From: Octopus bimaculoides
Lineage: Eukaryota
Direction of reading: 5' to 3'
DNA length: 64,000 nucleotides
Assembly: GCF_001194135.2 (NCBI RefSeq)
Contig: NC_068986.1
Coordinates: 73,503,036-73,567,035 of the forward strand
Shown here: one piece after another, positions 11,166 to 24,111 of the stretch
Numbering within the stretch: the stretch's first letter is position 1
Layout of the letters: each line of letters begins with the position of its first letter
Program-made: the position numbers and the translations under genes
The notes under the pieces: model-generated
What the model saw: the letters and a program-made list of their open reading frames with translations, nothing else
Databases searched by the model: none
Told to the model about the DNA's origin: nothing

Positions 11166-11371
11166 AGAAGAGCTCACCAAAAAGAAGTCTACACATTTCA
11201 GAGATAAATGAAAGAACTCTCTAAAAACTCTCAAAAGAACTGTCTGTTTATCCCATAAATGTTTATTCACCTCATAGTTAAAGTTCTTTTAATTTTGGTT
11301 ATACTCAATGGTTTTGTTTGTTATTTTCTCTCTCTTCTGACTTGTATAACTAACACTTCTTTCGTTTTAAG

Positions 11372-11461
11372 CAAGTTGACTTGCTGAGCTTGCCTGCACA
11401 GTCTTCTGAGCCATGGACATGGACTGCTGGATGCAGTGAATATCAGTTTGGGAGAAGGAAA
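11372..11461 (+). CDS. Candidate 90-nt phase 0-0 exon (QVDLLSLPAQSSEPWTWTAGCSEYQFGRRK)
   Basis: Long pyrimidine tract, branch-like 'taactaac', acceptor 'ttctttcgttttaag|' and donor '|gtaaca'; the only open frame is phase 0. No homology recognised. Confidence 0.3.
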
Positions 11462-11464
11462 GTA

Positions 11465-11610
11465 ACAATTGACTGATATTTTACTTTATTGACTCCATAG
11501 GGACTGAAGGCAAAGTTGATTGCCATGGGGTTTGAACTCAGAATATAGAGAACTAGATGAAATGCTACTAAGCATTTTGTCTAACCTGCAAAAAATTCTG
11601 TTGCCTGCTA
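11465..11610 (-). mobile_element. SINE family D fragment
   Basis: 'gaaggcaaagttgatt...tttgaactcagaat...aaatgctactaagcattttgtc'. Confidence 0.6.
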
Positions 11611-12899
11611 GTTGCCTTAAGAGTTGGGTTAATGCTGCTACAATAATTCCAGTGATATAATGTGTCTCAGTCATTCAGGCAGTTCTCCCTTTGTCACTGA
11701 GATATATGGTGGCCTCTGAAAACATTAACAATCATATTAGTGGAGCTGGTTCAGTCACCCATGTACATCTTCTCTTTATAGATTTCTGGTGGGTATAGAG
11801 ATATATGGTGGCTTTTAAAAATAATTATAAACACATGGTGAAGTTGATTGATTCCCTGCTATGTACCTTCCCCAAACAGATGTGTGTGGCCTTGAGCCAA
11901 TGTTGTAGTTGTATTACATTTATTACTTTTTTCCCTTGGTAACAATCCAAACTATATTCTCTTCATCTTCCCTCCTGCATCTAAAATACATCTATCATTC
12001 TCATTTTCCCAGCTATTGACCACGTTCATACATACACATACAACCTTGTTCTCTCATCCATAAACAAACATGTGGACAGACCCTTATACATTCTTATGCA
12101 TGAACACATACACGCTCACTCACACACATACACACACATGCACACACGCACACATACATGGACACATACATACACATGGACACACACACACTCACACATA
12201 TGCCCTGTAAAGTAATTTGTCAGTGAAGATTTACAAAAATGAATAAATTTAAATCTCACTCCTTATCCACCACCACCACCACCACCACCNNNNNNNNNNN
12301 NNNNNNNNNNNNNNNNNNNNNNNNNNNNNNNNNNNNNNNNNNNNNNNNNNNNNNNNNNNNNNNNNNNNNNNNNNNNNNNNNNNNNNNNNNNNNNNNNNNN
12401 NNNNNNNNNNNNNNNNNNNNNNNNNNNNNNNNNNNNNNNNNNNNNNNNNNNNNNNNNNNNNNNNNNNNNNNNNNNNNNNNNNNNNNNNNNNNNNNNNNNN
12501 NNNNNNNNNNNNNNNNNNNNNNNNNNNNNNNNNNNNNNNNNNNNNNNNNNNNNNNNNNNNNNNNNNNNNNNNNNNNNNNNNNNNNNNNNNNNNNNNNNNN
12601 NNNNNNNNNNNNNNNNNNNNNNNNNNNNNNNNNNNNNNNNNNNNNNNNNNNNNNNNNNNNNNNNNNNNNNNNNNNNNNNNNNNNNNNNNNNNNNNNNNNN
12701 NNNNNNNNCTAATGAAGGGTAGCAGGTCAAATTTTATACACTGTCAATACTATTGTTGTTCAAGAATAACAAAGAGGTCTTCTGTAAAACGTATTGAGTA
12801 ATCTTTCAGTTTAATGAAAAATTGTCATTATAACATGACTTAAAAACAAACACACACACTCTCTATCATGCTGTCTCTCTCTCTCTCCCCCTCTCTCTC

Positions 12900-13442
12900 T
12901 CTCTCCTTCTCCAGCACGTCTCTCAGGTTGAGTAACCATGTATTTCCTTTGTGGCAGTGCACCTGTTTCTGTCTTCATTCCTGATCTCTCTCTCTCTGGT
13001 TGGGTAACTTTGTACCTCCTCTACAATAAGACGCCTGTTTCTGTCTCTCTGTCTCACTATAACCTTTCATCATCTGATGGCAAGATCACCTCCTCCAATG
13101 CTCCTTCCTCTCTCAAAAGAAATTTATTTTTGTCTTGCAAGTACTTGGTGACCCTGTCAGTGCAGGTGCCAATTAAAAGCACCCAGTCAACACTGTAAAG
13201 TGGTTGGCATTTGGAAGGGCATCTAGCTGTAAAAACCTTGCCAAAACGGACCTCGTTTGTGCTTGTACCACGTAAAATGCACTAAGTCCACTCTTCTGAG
13301 TGTTTGGTGTTAGGAAGAGCATCCAGCTGTAAAAATCCTGCTAAAACAGTTACAAGAACCTCGCTGGCTCTTGTCAAATTGTCCCATCCATGCCAGCATC
13401 AAAGGTGGACATTAAATGATGATAATAATGATGATGATGATG
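12900..13442 (+). mobile_element. RTE LINE 3' UTR, long version
   Basis: Family blocks 'aagcacccagtcaacactgtaaagtggttggcatttggaagggcatc' (occurring twice) and a (GAT)n tail. Confidence 0.65.
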
Positions 13443-13574
13443 ATGTGTGTGTGTGTGTGTGTATATATGTATATATATTAATATATGTATATGTTTATGT
13501 ATATATTATCGACCGCACATACTCAATATATGTGTTTTTCGTATTCCCTGATTCGTTGCATTACAACGTTCTGG

Positions 13575-14400
13575 GGACAGCTCCCTTACAGCACTGGGTG
13601 TTAAAGCATCTGAAAGCTATAAACAGGTGAGACAACTCACTTCCAGTCCCATTCAGCAGTGATGGATACTGATATTTCACTATTGTTGTGGCTTATCAAC
13701 ATCACATTCTTGAACTGAACCTGGGACAAACTGAATCGCCAGTCTATGAGTTTATACAAATAGTGTAAGAACCATTTGCTGGTATGCCCCAATGATGCAT
13801 ATAAGATTAAATTCAATTATGAATTAAAAGCCATGCTACTGTTGTTTAACATTATCAACCACACATACTCCATGAATCTGTTTTGCTTGTTTGTTGGTTT
13901 GATGCGGTACAGTGCTCCGGGAGCACTGGGTGTTTAAACACCTGAAAGTCATAAACAGGCAAGACAACTTACCCCCAGTCACATCCAGGAGTTATGGATA
14001 CTGATATTTCACCATTTTTGTGGCTTATCAATGGCATGGGGTAAGAGCGCTAAGCAGTGAAAAGTATAAATGCAATGTTATTACCAGTTTGGATATGCTA
14101 AAAGCATGTTCAGACTTGTAAACAAGCCATTTGCCGTGTTTTGTCACGGAGAAAATTTCTCGCTGTAGATAAATGGTGCAAATACAGTCAAATCAGCTCA
14201 CAGTATTACCTATTCAGACTGGGAGATGCAAACATTTCGGAGTAGTTAACTCCTCTTCAGTCACAGAAACTGGATGGTGGCACTGTAAGTTTGATAAGAG
14301 AGACAATCTCTCTTATGGTTCTCCAGTCAATATACATTGGCTGGTAGCACGAATCAGCATTGCATGCCTGCATTGAACTGGGGATGAACTGAATCACACA
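13575..14400. repeat. Unclassified locally duplicated repeat
   Basis: 13591-13699 versus 13923-14031: 109 bp colinear with 16 mismatches and no indels; 13711-13740 also matches about 14365-14400. Confidence 0.8.
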
Positions 14401-14677
14401 AAAATGTATTTTGTATAGTTACACACACACACACACACACACACTCTGATGGTTGTTGTTTCATTGAGCCTTCCATACAAAGAGACTTTCTTCTCATTTT
14501 AACTATAGGATCCTTAACATTTCTATTCAACAATAAAGTCTTCAATGCTTGTACATAACCTTTTGAAATAATTTCTTTAAATCTCATCAGAATAAGGCAA
14601 TTAAATATTTCTTATATTAAATTTTTTAATAATACTACAAAACAGGAAATATTTTAGCAGAGAGAAAGGCAGGGAAG

Positions 14678-14729
<52 letters not shown>

Positions 14730-14732
<3 letters not shown>

Positions 14733-14902
14733 TAAAAAGCACTCAGTCCACTCTACAGGATGGTTGGTGTTAAGAAGGGCATCCAACTGTAAAAACCATG
14801 CCAAGACAGAAAGTCTAGTGCAGTCTTCTGCCTGGCTGGCTCCTGTCAAACCATCCAATCCATGCTAGCATGGAAGATGGACATTAAACGATGATGATAA
14901 TG
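14730..14902 (+). mobile_element. RTE LINE 3' end
   Basis: Family block with (GAT)n tail. Confidence 0.7.
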
Positions 14903-15029
14903 ACACACACACACACACACACACATACATCAATCAGTGGCATGCAGTAACTTTTGAGATTGGTCTTGCAATAGGTACTTGTTTGTCAAGCTGAATTATT
15001 TGTGAAATTAGTTCATTAAGAGAAACCAT

Positions 15030-16800
15030 TTAGTTTTGTAGCATGGCCATGAGGAGTAAATATATTTCATAGATTTTCATAGAAATCTGCTGTTTTAATT
15101 AATTCTTGGAGCAAATCTTTTTCAAATGACATAAGAGCTAACCCTGAAAGTCTTTTTCTCCTCTTGTAATTCTGGTAGGTTTTAATTCTGTTCAGTGCAG
15201 AAAATGACGTCTCTACAGAGGCATTTGTAGAAAGAATAGTCAAAATCAAATTGCAAAGATTGAATAGTTCTGGCTTAGCATCAATAAAAATCATTGATAT
15301 AAATGTAATGCATTAAATTTGCTATTTAAAATCCTCCATTGAATATACAACATTTAGTTCACTCTGCAAACGAATTATATCAACAAAACTACCATAAGTG
15401 GTTTTCAAAGAATTTAAAGTATCCACTGGAAATTTTTTGCAATATTCTACAGCTTTGCATAAATTGATTTTGTTCCATGAATTTAAGATCTTCTAATAAT
15501 GAATGTCTTGTTTTTAATTGATCAACTATTGTACCAATAATTCTGTTGTAGAACATTCGATAATGTTGTTGTGGGTCAATAGATTTATTCCTGGATCACT
15601 TAATTTAGATTGCTGCATCCACATCATATTTTCCCTCCAACATTTTATAAAACATTGAAAAGTCATTCAGTTTATTTTTGAACATAGATCTACTTTTGTC
15701 AATTTGTTCATTGCAATACACAATGTCAAGACTTTTAGCCTGAAGGATGTCAAATAAGACGTCAGTAAAGGAAAATATATCACTAAATACTTCTAATAGA
15801 AACAAATAAATCCAAATTAAATTGTGGTAGAATCCAATTTCTGAATTTATAGTAGCCTTATCTTATCCCATACTTGTTTTCAAATGAAGTCTTCAAAAAA
15901 GAAACCACAATTTTCTTTTATGTTATTAATGAGATGTAACAAGTAATTTTATCTAGTTGTTGCTGCTTTGGGAAATCTTTTTTAACAATATTGTCTTATG
16001 CATTGGATCTTTTAGGAGATTTTGTAAAAAACACACCCAGTCCATTTATTGCAGAAAAAAAAAATCTTGTATCCTTTTTTATAACAGAACATGTTTGTAA
16101 AAGAACTAAATTTAGTATATGAGTACAACAATGAAGATCACAGACTAACATTTCCCTCTTACCTTTGATTGCAAGCCATTTAATTGTCCTACCATTTTTG
16201 TGAAACTACTATAAGTTTGTGCAATTAATTTGTTTTCAGGCTTCCATGTTTCAATGCATTTAAAGACATGTTTAGCTAAAGTGTTTGCTGAGTGATCTGC
16301 ACTAACATGGTTAACACTGATAAATCGTTCATTAGCAACATTATCTTTTGTAACATAACTTAAAACAGTTGACAGTTGTGAATAGTTTGAAAAATTGGAA
16401 TGTTTCACCTACAAGAATAGCAACAAATAAACTTTTGAATCACATCAATCAAGTCATTTTGAATTCTGTTTGAGGGACTTGAGATAACAGAAACTGAATC
16501 TAGATGGCTTGCCAATTTTTCGTCATACTTGCTAATTAAATATAAAAGTTGTGTTTTATAAATTCCTGTGATCTTTGGATGCTTTGGATTCGGAATGCCA
16601 ACAAAATGATAATTCCTGGTGACCTAAAAAAACAAACTATGCATCAATCTTTGGAGAAAAGCTCTGTTGCATTAACTTCATTATGCTGCTGTGTGATCGG
16701 TCTTTTATGCACATCTAATTGTAAGTCTATGCAGACATATCTAAATATTTTAAGATCAGTCAGGGATTTTATGTGTCTTTGAAAATTTTCATGTTTTAGT
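15030..16800 (-). mobile_element. Decayed hAT-superfamily transposase (ZMYM1/DUF4371-like)
   Basis: Ordered fragments: VCFLGHQELSF..SESK..HRNY; QLSTVLSYVTKDNVANERFISV...SANTLAKHV...LIAQTY; FSDIFSFTDVLFDILQAKSLDI; C-terminal dimerisation domain LTILSTNASVETSFSALNRIKTY...LSGLALMSFEKDLL. Many stops and frameshifts. Confidence 0.85.
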
Positions 16801-16984
16801 ATAAGCATATGTAGATTATGTAGATTAAATCATCATAATCTTTATCATTCCAAACAGTTTTTTTTCTCAACTAAATGACAAACATGGTCAGTAAAATAAC
16901 TTCTTTAGATCAGTACTTCCAGTTAGCTAATTTTTTTCTTTTATATAAATAAATTTAAAAATGTCTAATACATTTCTTAATCTT

Positions 16985-17172
16985 GTGTGCTGCATGACAG
17001 CCTCAATAGTGCTGGTGCTACACAAAATGTACCCTGCACACCCTGTAAAGTGGTTGGTGTTAGGAAGGGCAAACAGTCAGAAACCATGCTGTCAGACCAG
17101 CTGATTCTGTTAAACTGTTCAGCCCATGCCATTATGAAAGATGGATGCAAAAAAATGATGATGATGATGGTG
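16985..17172 (+). mobile_element. RTE LINE 3' end
   Basis: 'caccctgtaaagtggttggtgttaggaagggc...cccatgccattatgaaagatgg...atgatgatg'. Confidence 0.65.
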
Positions 17173-17375
17173 ATTCCTTGTTGGAACATTGCAAATAAGG
17201 AAATTTAGTGTTGGTCTGCCAAAATTTAAATAAATTGTTTCCTTTTAAAATCTTTTTTGTAAAGCTATTTTTCAAAAGTTCTTTTATAAAGTACATTTTA
17301 GTTACTTGGGTTAATATTTTAAAAATTCAAAAGATATTTAGAGTAACAAATATAAGTGGGAATGTTCTAATGTAG

Positions 17376-17429
<54 letters not shown>

Positions 17430-17450
17430 GTGCGTGTGTGTGTGTGTGCA

Positions 17451-17485
<35 letters not shown>

Positions 17486-17647
17486 ACAGCTATTCTGTGA
17501 ATTGAGAGTACACTAAAAGCCAACATCAATGAAAAAGAAGATAATATTAGTAAATCAACAAAGTTTAATTAGTTAATGATAGCAACAAAAGGAAAAGTAA
17601 TAATGTCTTCTGTTTGGATATTAAATATCAGAATATTGAATAAGTGA

Positions 17648-17959
17648 AGGCATGGCTGTGTAGTAAGAAGCTTGCTTCTCAACCACATGATTCCAGGTTC
17701 AGTCCCATTGCATGGCACCTCGGGCAAACGTCTTCTTCTATAGCCTCAGGCAGGCTGACCATGTATATATGTGTGTGTACATGTGTGTGTGCAGGTGTGG
17801 TTGTGTGATAAGAAGCTTGCTTCCTAACCACATGGTTCCGGGTTCAGTCCCACTGTGTGGAACCTTGAGCAAGTGTCTTTTACTATAGCCTCAAACCAAC
17901 CAAAACCTTCTGAGTGGATTTGTTAGATGGAAACTGAAAGAAAACCCTTCACATACACA

Positions 17960-18003
<44 letters not shown>

Positions 18004-18385
18004 AATATATATTTATGTGTGTGTGTCTGTGTTTGCCCCTCACCATTGCTTGATAATCGATGTTGGTGTGTTTATGTCTCTGTAACTTAGCAGTTTGGCA
18101 AAAGAAACTGATAGAATAAGTACTAGGCTTACAAAGAGTAGAACCTGGAGCCGATTTCTTTGACTAAAAAACTTTTTAACGTGGTGCTCTAGCAGGGCCA
18201 CAGTCAAATGACTGAAACAAGTAAAAGAATAAAAGAATATATATATATGTATGTGTCTCTGCGTCTGTGTTTGTCCCCCCCACTCAACCAGTGATTGACA
18301 ACTGGTGTTGGTTTGTTTATGTCCCAGTAACTTAACAGTTTTGCGAAAGAGACTGATTGAATAAGTACCAGGCTTAAAAAAAAAA
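17648..18385 (+). mobile_element. Composite SINE family A (two heads, body, extra 3' fragment)
   Basis: Heads at about 17650 and 17792; body and tail to about 18238; a second 3' part at 18250-18385. Confidence 0.75.
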
Positions 18386-18569
18386 ATGTTGCCTTCTTGG
18401 AGGCATTCTCGTGCACACTACTAGCACTGCCATTGCCTCCATGTCGTTTCGTTTTGGAGCAACCAACCAACCAACCGTCTGTACCAGAAGAAGATTTAAT
18501 TTAGCCAAGCGTTGCACGCTCAACTACCAGACACACAGACTGCTAAAAGTGGTGACCATTTGGTGAAAC

Positions 18570-18962
18570 TTCCTATCTTTTCTGCTCCTCTGTCCACTCT
18601 CTCTCTCCATATGCACTTTGTTCCTTGATCTCACGTAGCTCTGTCTCTCTTTCCAGATAGGGAAGCCATGTATTCACCATTTCAGTAAGACACCTGCTCC
18701 TGTCCTTCTGTCATACTTTCCTATTCCTCAGTACTATACCTTGCTCAATTGAGAGATCTTATCTTGTAAGTACTTGGGGACCTGACCACTGCAAGTGCTG
18801 CAATAAAAGCATCTATCGCACTTTGTGAAGTGGTTGGTGTCAGCTGCAGAAATCATGCCAAAGCAGACATTGGAGTTTAATACAGCCTACTGGCTTATTA
18901 GTTCATGTTTAATTGTCCTACCCATATTAGCATGGAAAAAGGACGTTAGATGATGATGATGA
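18570..18962 (+). mobile_element. RTE LINE 3' UTR, degenerate
   Basis: Similar to 12900-13442; ends 'ggacgttagatgatgatgatgat'. Confidence 0.55.
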
Positions 18963-19310
18963 TGGCTACGTGGTAAGGAGCTTGCCAATGCATGGCAACT
19001 CGGGTAGGCGTCTTCTACTATCGCTTGGTGCTGATCAAGACCTTGTGAGTGGATTTGGTTGATGAAAACTGAAAGAAGCCTGTCATATATATGTGAGTGT
19101 GTGTTTGTGTCTGTGTTTGTCTCCCATCACCACCTGACAACCGGTGTTGGCTTGTTTATGTCCCTGTAACTTAGTTGTTTGGTAAAAAGAGACTGACAGA
19201 ATAAGTACCAGGCTTAAAAGAAATAATTACTGGGGTTGAATTAGTTAACTAAAATTTCTTCAAGGCAGTGTCCCAGCACAACCACTGTTTAAAGACTGAA
19301 GCAAGTAAAA
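18962..19310 (+). mobile_element. SINE family A
   Basis: 'ccttgtgagtggatttgg...gaaactgaaagaagcc...gtccctgtaacttag...gaataagtaccaggc'. Confidence 0.7.
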
Positions 19311-19350
19311 ATAGAATATATAATAATATATATATTTTTGTGAGTGTATA

Positions 19351-19387
<37 letters not shown>

Positions 19388-19473
19388 AGATTGAAAAGGT
19401 TGAATTATATTTCGTCCTTTAACAAATTTGTTGAGTTTTATGGGATTCCTTTTCATAAATTCACTTAACACAC

Positions 19474-19519
<46 letters not shown>

Positions 19520-20640
19520 TACATATGTATATATTATATTATATTATAATATGTGTGGGCATAGGAAACAATCAATATTGCTCTTAGTCCATTTACATTT
19601 GTTCGCTTGATAAATAATATTGTTAAAAATCTGTTGCTTCAAGATGGTAATATTGAATTTTATGTTATTACAACATTTTTTTTTCTTTCAATTCCAAACA
19701 AAAGTGAAGCTTACCAAAATGTTGAATCCTAATAAACAGAACTGGAACCATACAAAGTATTAACATTCAATGGATTTTCACTTCAAAGACTCTCAATTTT
19801 TTTTCCTCCCCCTTTTCTTTTTTTTTTCTGAATTACTAAAATGCCATTATCTAATTAGTTTATTGGCAAAAATTGTGTATGTATCTATAGGCTATTGTGT
19901 ATATATTTCCCCTTTTTGTACCACTTAAGACTTCCACCCATGTATTTGTGTGTGTATGCATATATATATATATATATGTGTGTATGTGTGTGTATATGTG
20001 CATGTGTATATCAGTATGTATTTATGCATAGGAATGTGGTCTTGTGAAGCTGTCAGTTTGGATATTCATTTTCATACATCATTATTCATCATTGTTGTTA
20101 TTATTACAGTCAACAAGCGGAGCAACAGTACCAATACAATTAAAGCCATCATTGCTTTAATGTCTGCTTTTACATGTTGGCATGGATTAAATGGTTATTT
20201 TTCTTGTAGCTTATTCTCTCTCCTCTTTTAGCTACCATATTAACTGCAGCTCTTCTCTTAGACCTTCCCCACTACTTACACCCTCTCTCTCTCTCTCTCT
20301 CTTTCCCTCATTCTTTAAAAATATCCACATTACTTATAATTTCTTTGTTCTAGGCTTCCTCTTTTAAACTGTAGTCCATCAGTGCCTGCCAGAAGCTGAA
20401 CCAATGGCTACTACCAATAACCGTTCTTACTCTAAGCGTTGTTGTTAAAGTAGGAGAATAAAATATAGAATGCCAGTGGTTTACAACTAGTTATTATCTG
20501 ATGAATTTATTGTGACGGCAATTTCTGTTGCCTCCAGTTACTTTGGACTTCAAACAGTGAAGTATTTTGATCTGATATATTTGCCAGACTTCATTTTACA
20601 GGTTTACATTATATATTCAGGTTTTATGCTATAAAGTCAG

Positions 20641-20777
<137 letters not shown>

Positions 20778-20937
20778 GTCAGGTTTATATTATAGAGCAT
20801 TGTTGATATTTACTTCATATTATTAATGTTATCTTCCTATGGACCAATGTCATGCTACATAAAGCTCTTGATAATACTTAATTCTTCAAAGAAACCTCAG
20901 AGTAAAATCTGTTGTTCTTCTTCACATTAGTTTAGGT

Positions 20938-21231
20938 GCAGGCATGGCTATGTGGTAAGAAGCTTGCTTCCCAACCATATGGTTCTGGGTTCAGTCCCAT
21001 TGCATGGCATCTTGGGCAAGTCTCTTCTACTAAAGCCTTGTGAGTGGATTTGATAGACGGAAACTGAAAGTATCCCATCATGAATATATATATGATTTTT
21101 ACTTTGTATTATATTATACTTATTTATCATGCATTTACTTATTAATTTTTCTATATGTGACTGGATTTTCATGAATGAGTTCATGAACTTTGGTTCTTTT
21201 CTCTTAAACTATATATATATANNNNNNNNNN

Positions 21232-21282
<51 letters not shown>

Positions 21283-21455
21283 ATGTGTGTGTGTGTGTAT
21301 GTGTGTGTGTGTGTGTATGTGTGTGTGTGTGTGTGTATGTGTGTCTGTGTGTGTATTTGTGTGCATGTTTCTGTGTTTTTCCCCCTTACTGTTGCTTGAC
21401 AACCAATGTTGGTGTGTTTATATTCCCATAACATAGCAGTTCGGCAAAAGAGTCT
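20938..21455 (+). mobile_element. SINE family A with expanded internal (TA)/(TG) tract
   Basis: Head at 20938-21080; 3' part at 21370-21455. Confidence 0.7.
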
Positions 21456-21614
21456 TGTACTGACTGATCAGCTTTGGCAATTTCGAATTGTATTTTCAGA
21501 TGATTACAATCCCTGTCAGTATATATGCATACAGTTATGTGGTTTGACGACAGCATTAGGGCATTTTAGTTCTTATTTCTAGCAATGTAGCTGTTTCTAA
21601 CACTCATATATGTA

Positions 21615-21652
<38 letters not shown>

Positions 21653-21662
21653 NNNNNNNNNN

Positions 21663-21692
<30 letters not shown>

Positions 21693-21695
<3 letters not shown>

Positions 21696-21825
21696 TGGGC
21701 TTCTTTCAGTTTTTGTCTGCCAAATCCACTCACAAGGCTTTGGTCAACCCAAGGCTATTTGTGAAGACACTTACCAAAGGAACCATGTAGTCTGGAAGCA
21801 AACTTCTTACCACATAGCCATGCCT
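21693..21825 (-). mobile_element. SINE family A 5' part
   Basis: Inverted relative to the head at 20938. Confidence 0.75.
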
Positions 21826-21869
21826 TTGCCTTTAGTCAATATTATTCTAACTATGGTATTTTAAATTAA

Positions 21870-22560
21870 TCCAACCAAGTTCTTCTGATATTAATATTAT
21901 CTTCCACTGAAATTCTTTTATCTTTGTTGAAATTACCAATTAGCCCATCTTTTGCTTTTTTATATGCTATTTATCACCCTTACCAAATCCATATCTTTGA
22001 TATCCTCATTCAACTAGATTCCAGTGTGATTTGTTATCCAATCTAATTAGTCACTAATACTAATCATCTGAGAAAATCTCGCAGTTAATAATATTAATAT
22101 TCTACTGTAGAATCCTTTAATCAATGTTATCATCACTTCAAATTGATGGCTCATTTTTGTTCTATCAGATTAATTTGATAATCCATATTTGTTTAACAAT
22201 TCTTTTATTATTATAATTAATTCAGTGCTGTTGTTTTAGTATTTTTGTTGCAATCACTGTTTAACCAATCAGATTCCCGGATTTCTGGTGTGATTGGCCA
22301 ACCACATTCTTCTGATCTTCAATAATTCCATACATTGCTATTACCACCTTCAATAAAATGGCTTTGCAAATATTTTCTGTGAAGATCTTCAAATGTTGGA
22401 AGATATTCATTGGAGCCTAGCAAGGTTGTGTAGGGCAGTGAGAAGTGGAACTGTTGGTGGTAGAAGTTAAATTTTCTCTGTAAGTAATTATGGTTAGATA
22501 TATTTCTGCTTTTTTGAATTATAGTGTTCTTTCAATATTTACATGATTCCATGTTGTTAC
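21870..22560 (-). mobile_element. Possible highly decayed LINE AP-endonuclease relic (Jockey/I-like)
   Basis: Fragment HFIEGGNSNV....GWPITPEIRE loosely resembles the FIAGGDFNA..WGS..I.P.GREL motif; weak. Confidence 0.3.
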
Positions 22561-22739
22561 AGTACATTGTTGTTACACTTATCACTAATAAGTAAATTGT
22601 ATTTTGTATATTTAATCAACAGAAGTTTCAGAATGAATCAAAGGCCGAGTGTTTTGTGCATTGGCACTCACCACTTTGCAAGGTGCCAGTGTATGAAACT
22701 TTGTCCTTAAGTCAGTCTCTAGCCTCTGATGATTAAATG

Positions 22740-22773
<34 letters not shown>

Positions 22774-22803
22774 NNNNNNNNNNNNNNNNNNNNNNNNNNN
22801 NNN

Positions 22804-23140
22804 GCTCCAATCTGATTTGGCACAGTTTCTACAGCTGGATGCCCTTCCTAACGCCAACCACTCAGAGAGTGTAGTGGGTGCTTTTATGTGTCACCCACAC
22901 GAAGGCCAGTCAGGCGGTACTGGCAACGGCCATGCTCAAAATGGTGTATTTTATGTGCCACCTGCACAAGAGCCAGTCCAGGGGCACTGGCAATGATCTT
23001 GTTCGAAAATCCTACGAAGGCCAGTCAGGCGGTACTGGCAATGGCCATGCTCAAAATGGTGTATTTTATGTGCTACCCGCACAAGAGCCAGTCCAGGGGC
23101 ACTGGCAACGATCTCGCTCGAAAATCCTTACACATGTCAC
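22804..23140 (-). mobile_element. RTE LINE 3' UTR with 115-bp tandem duplication
   Basis: Units at 22899-23013 and 23014-23128 are about 95% identical; family block upstream. Confidence 0.8.
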
Positions 23141-23157
23141 GGGCATGTGTTAGTAAT

Positions 23158-23326
23158 GTTAGTAATGGCCATTTCATAGGGTTATCCAGGGTTTCACGTC
23201 CATAAAGCACTTAACTTTACACACATCTCGTCAGACCCTAATAGCCAATCTGATGAGATGTGTGCAAAGCTAAGTACTTTATGGATGCAAAACCTTAGGT
23301 AAACCTGTGCACTTGCCATAACTAAC
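23158..23326. repeat. Long imperfect hairpin (inverted repeat)
   Basis: Core arms 23199-23235 and 23249-23285 (37 bp, 4 differences, 13-nt loop); weaker pairing extends to both ends. Confidence 0.85.
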
Positions 23327-23391
23327 ATTCTCTAAATACTCTACTGCTCTATAATTTAGTGTGCTTTTCTTTTTGATTTATGATTTACTGA

Positions 23392-23437
<46 letters not shown>

Positions 23438-23956
23438 CATTTGTTATATGCTTCCACTACTGGTTGCATGCATATCCTTGATTTTTTGTGACCTATATCT
23501 TCCAACATTATGATGTAATTCTGAGCCCCCAGAAACAGTTGTTGGATCTGTATTACCATACCTTTTCCCCCTAAATTTTTGCATCTTCGAACTCTGTGTA
23601 AGTCTGCTCTGTACCTGAACCCTAACCCTAAAACCAGTACAAATGCACGAATGATGTCATAAATAACAGTGACAAAGTAAATTTACAGTGCCAGAACGTC
23701 TTGTTGACAAACCACAGCAGTAATTGTTTTCACCTCAATAGACGTCATTGATTGGTTGAAATTACTGAAATACGACAACTTTAACATGAAATAACTTCGA
23801 AAATAAAGAATTTTCTTAAAAACGCCAAGAGTAAATGATGTTTTAAATGATACATTCTACCAGTATACGAAATTTGAAAGTATTTAGTTACAAAAATTAT
23901 ATTTTCTATGTGCCTGCCAAAAGGAAAAGATCCCAGAGATGTAAACATCATCATCA

Positions 23957-23987
<31 letters not shown>

Positions 23988-24071
23988 TTAACGTCCGTTT
24001 TCCATGCTGGCATGGGAAACAACCAACACTAATTGTCAGATGGGAATTGATAGACAAACACAAAGATATAC

Positions 24072-24111
<40 letters not shown>

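Noticed and set aside
23540-23935. CCCTAACCCTAA telomere-like motif near 23620
   Set aside because: Only two units, within what appears to be an unclassified interspersed repeat; not evidence of an interstitial telomere
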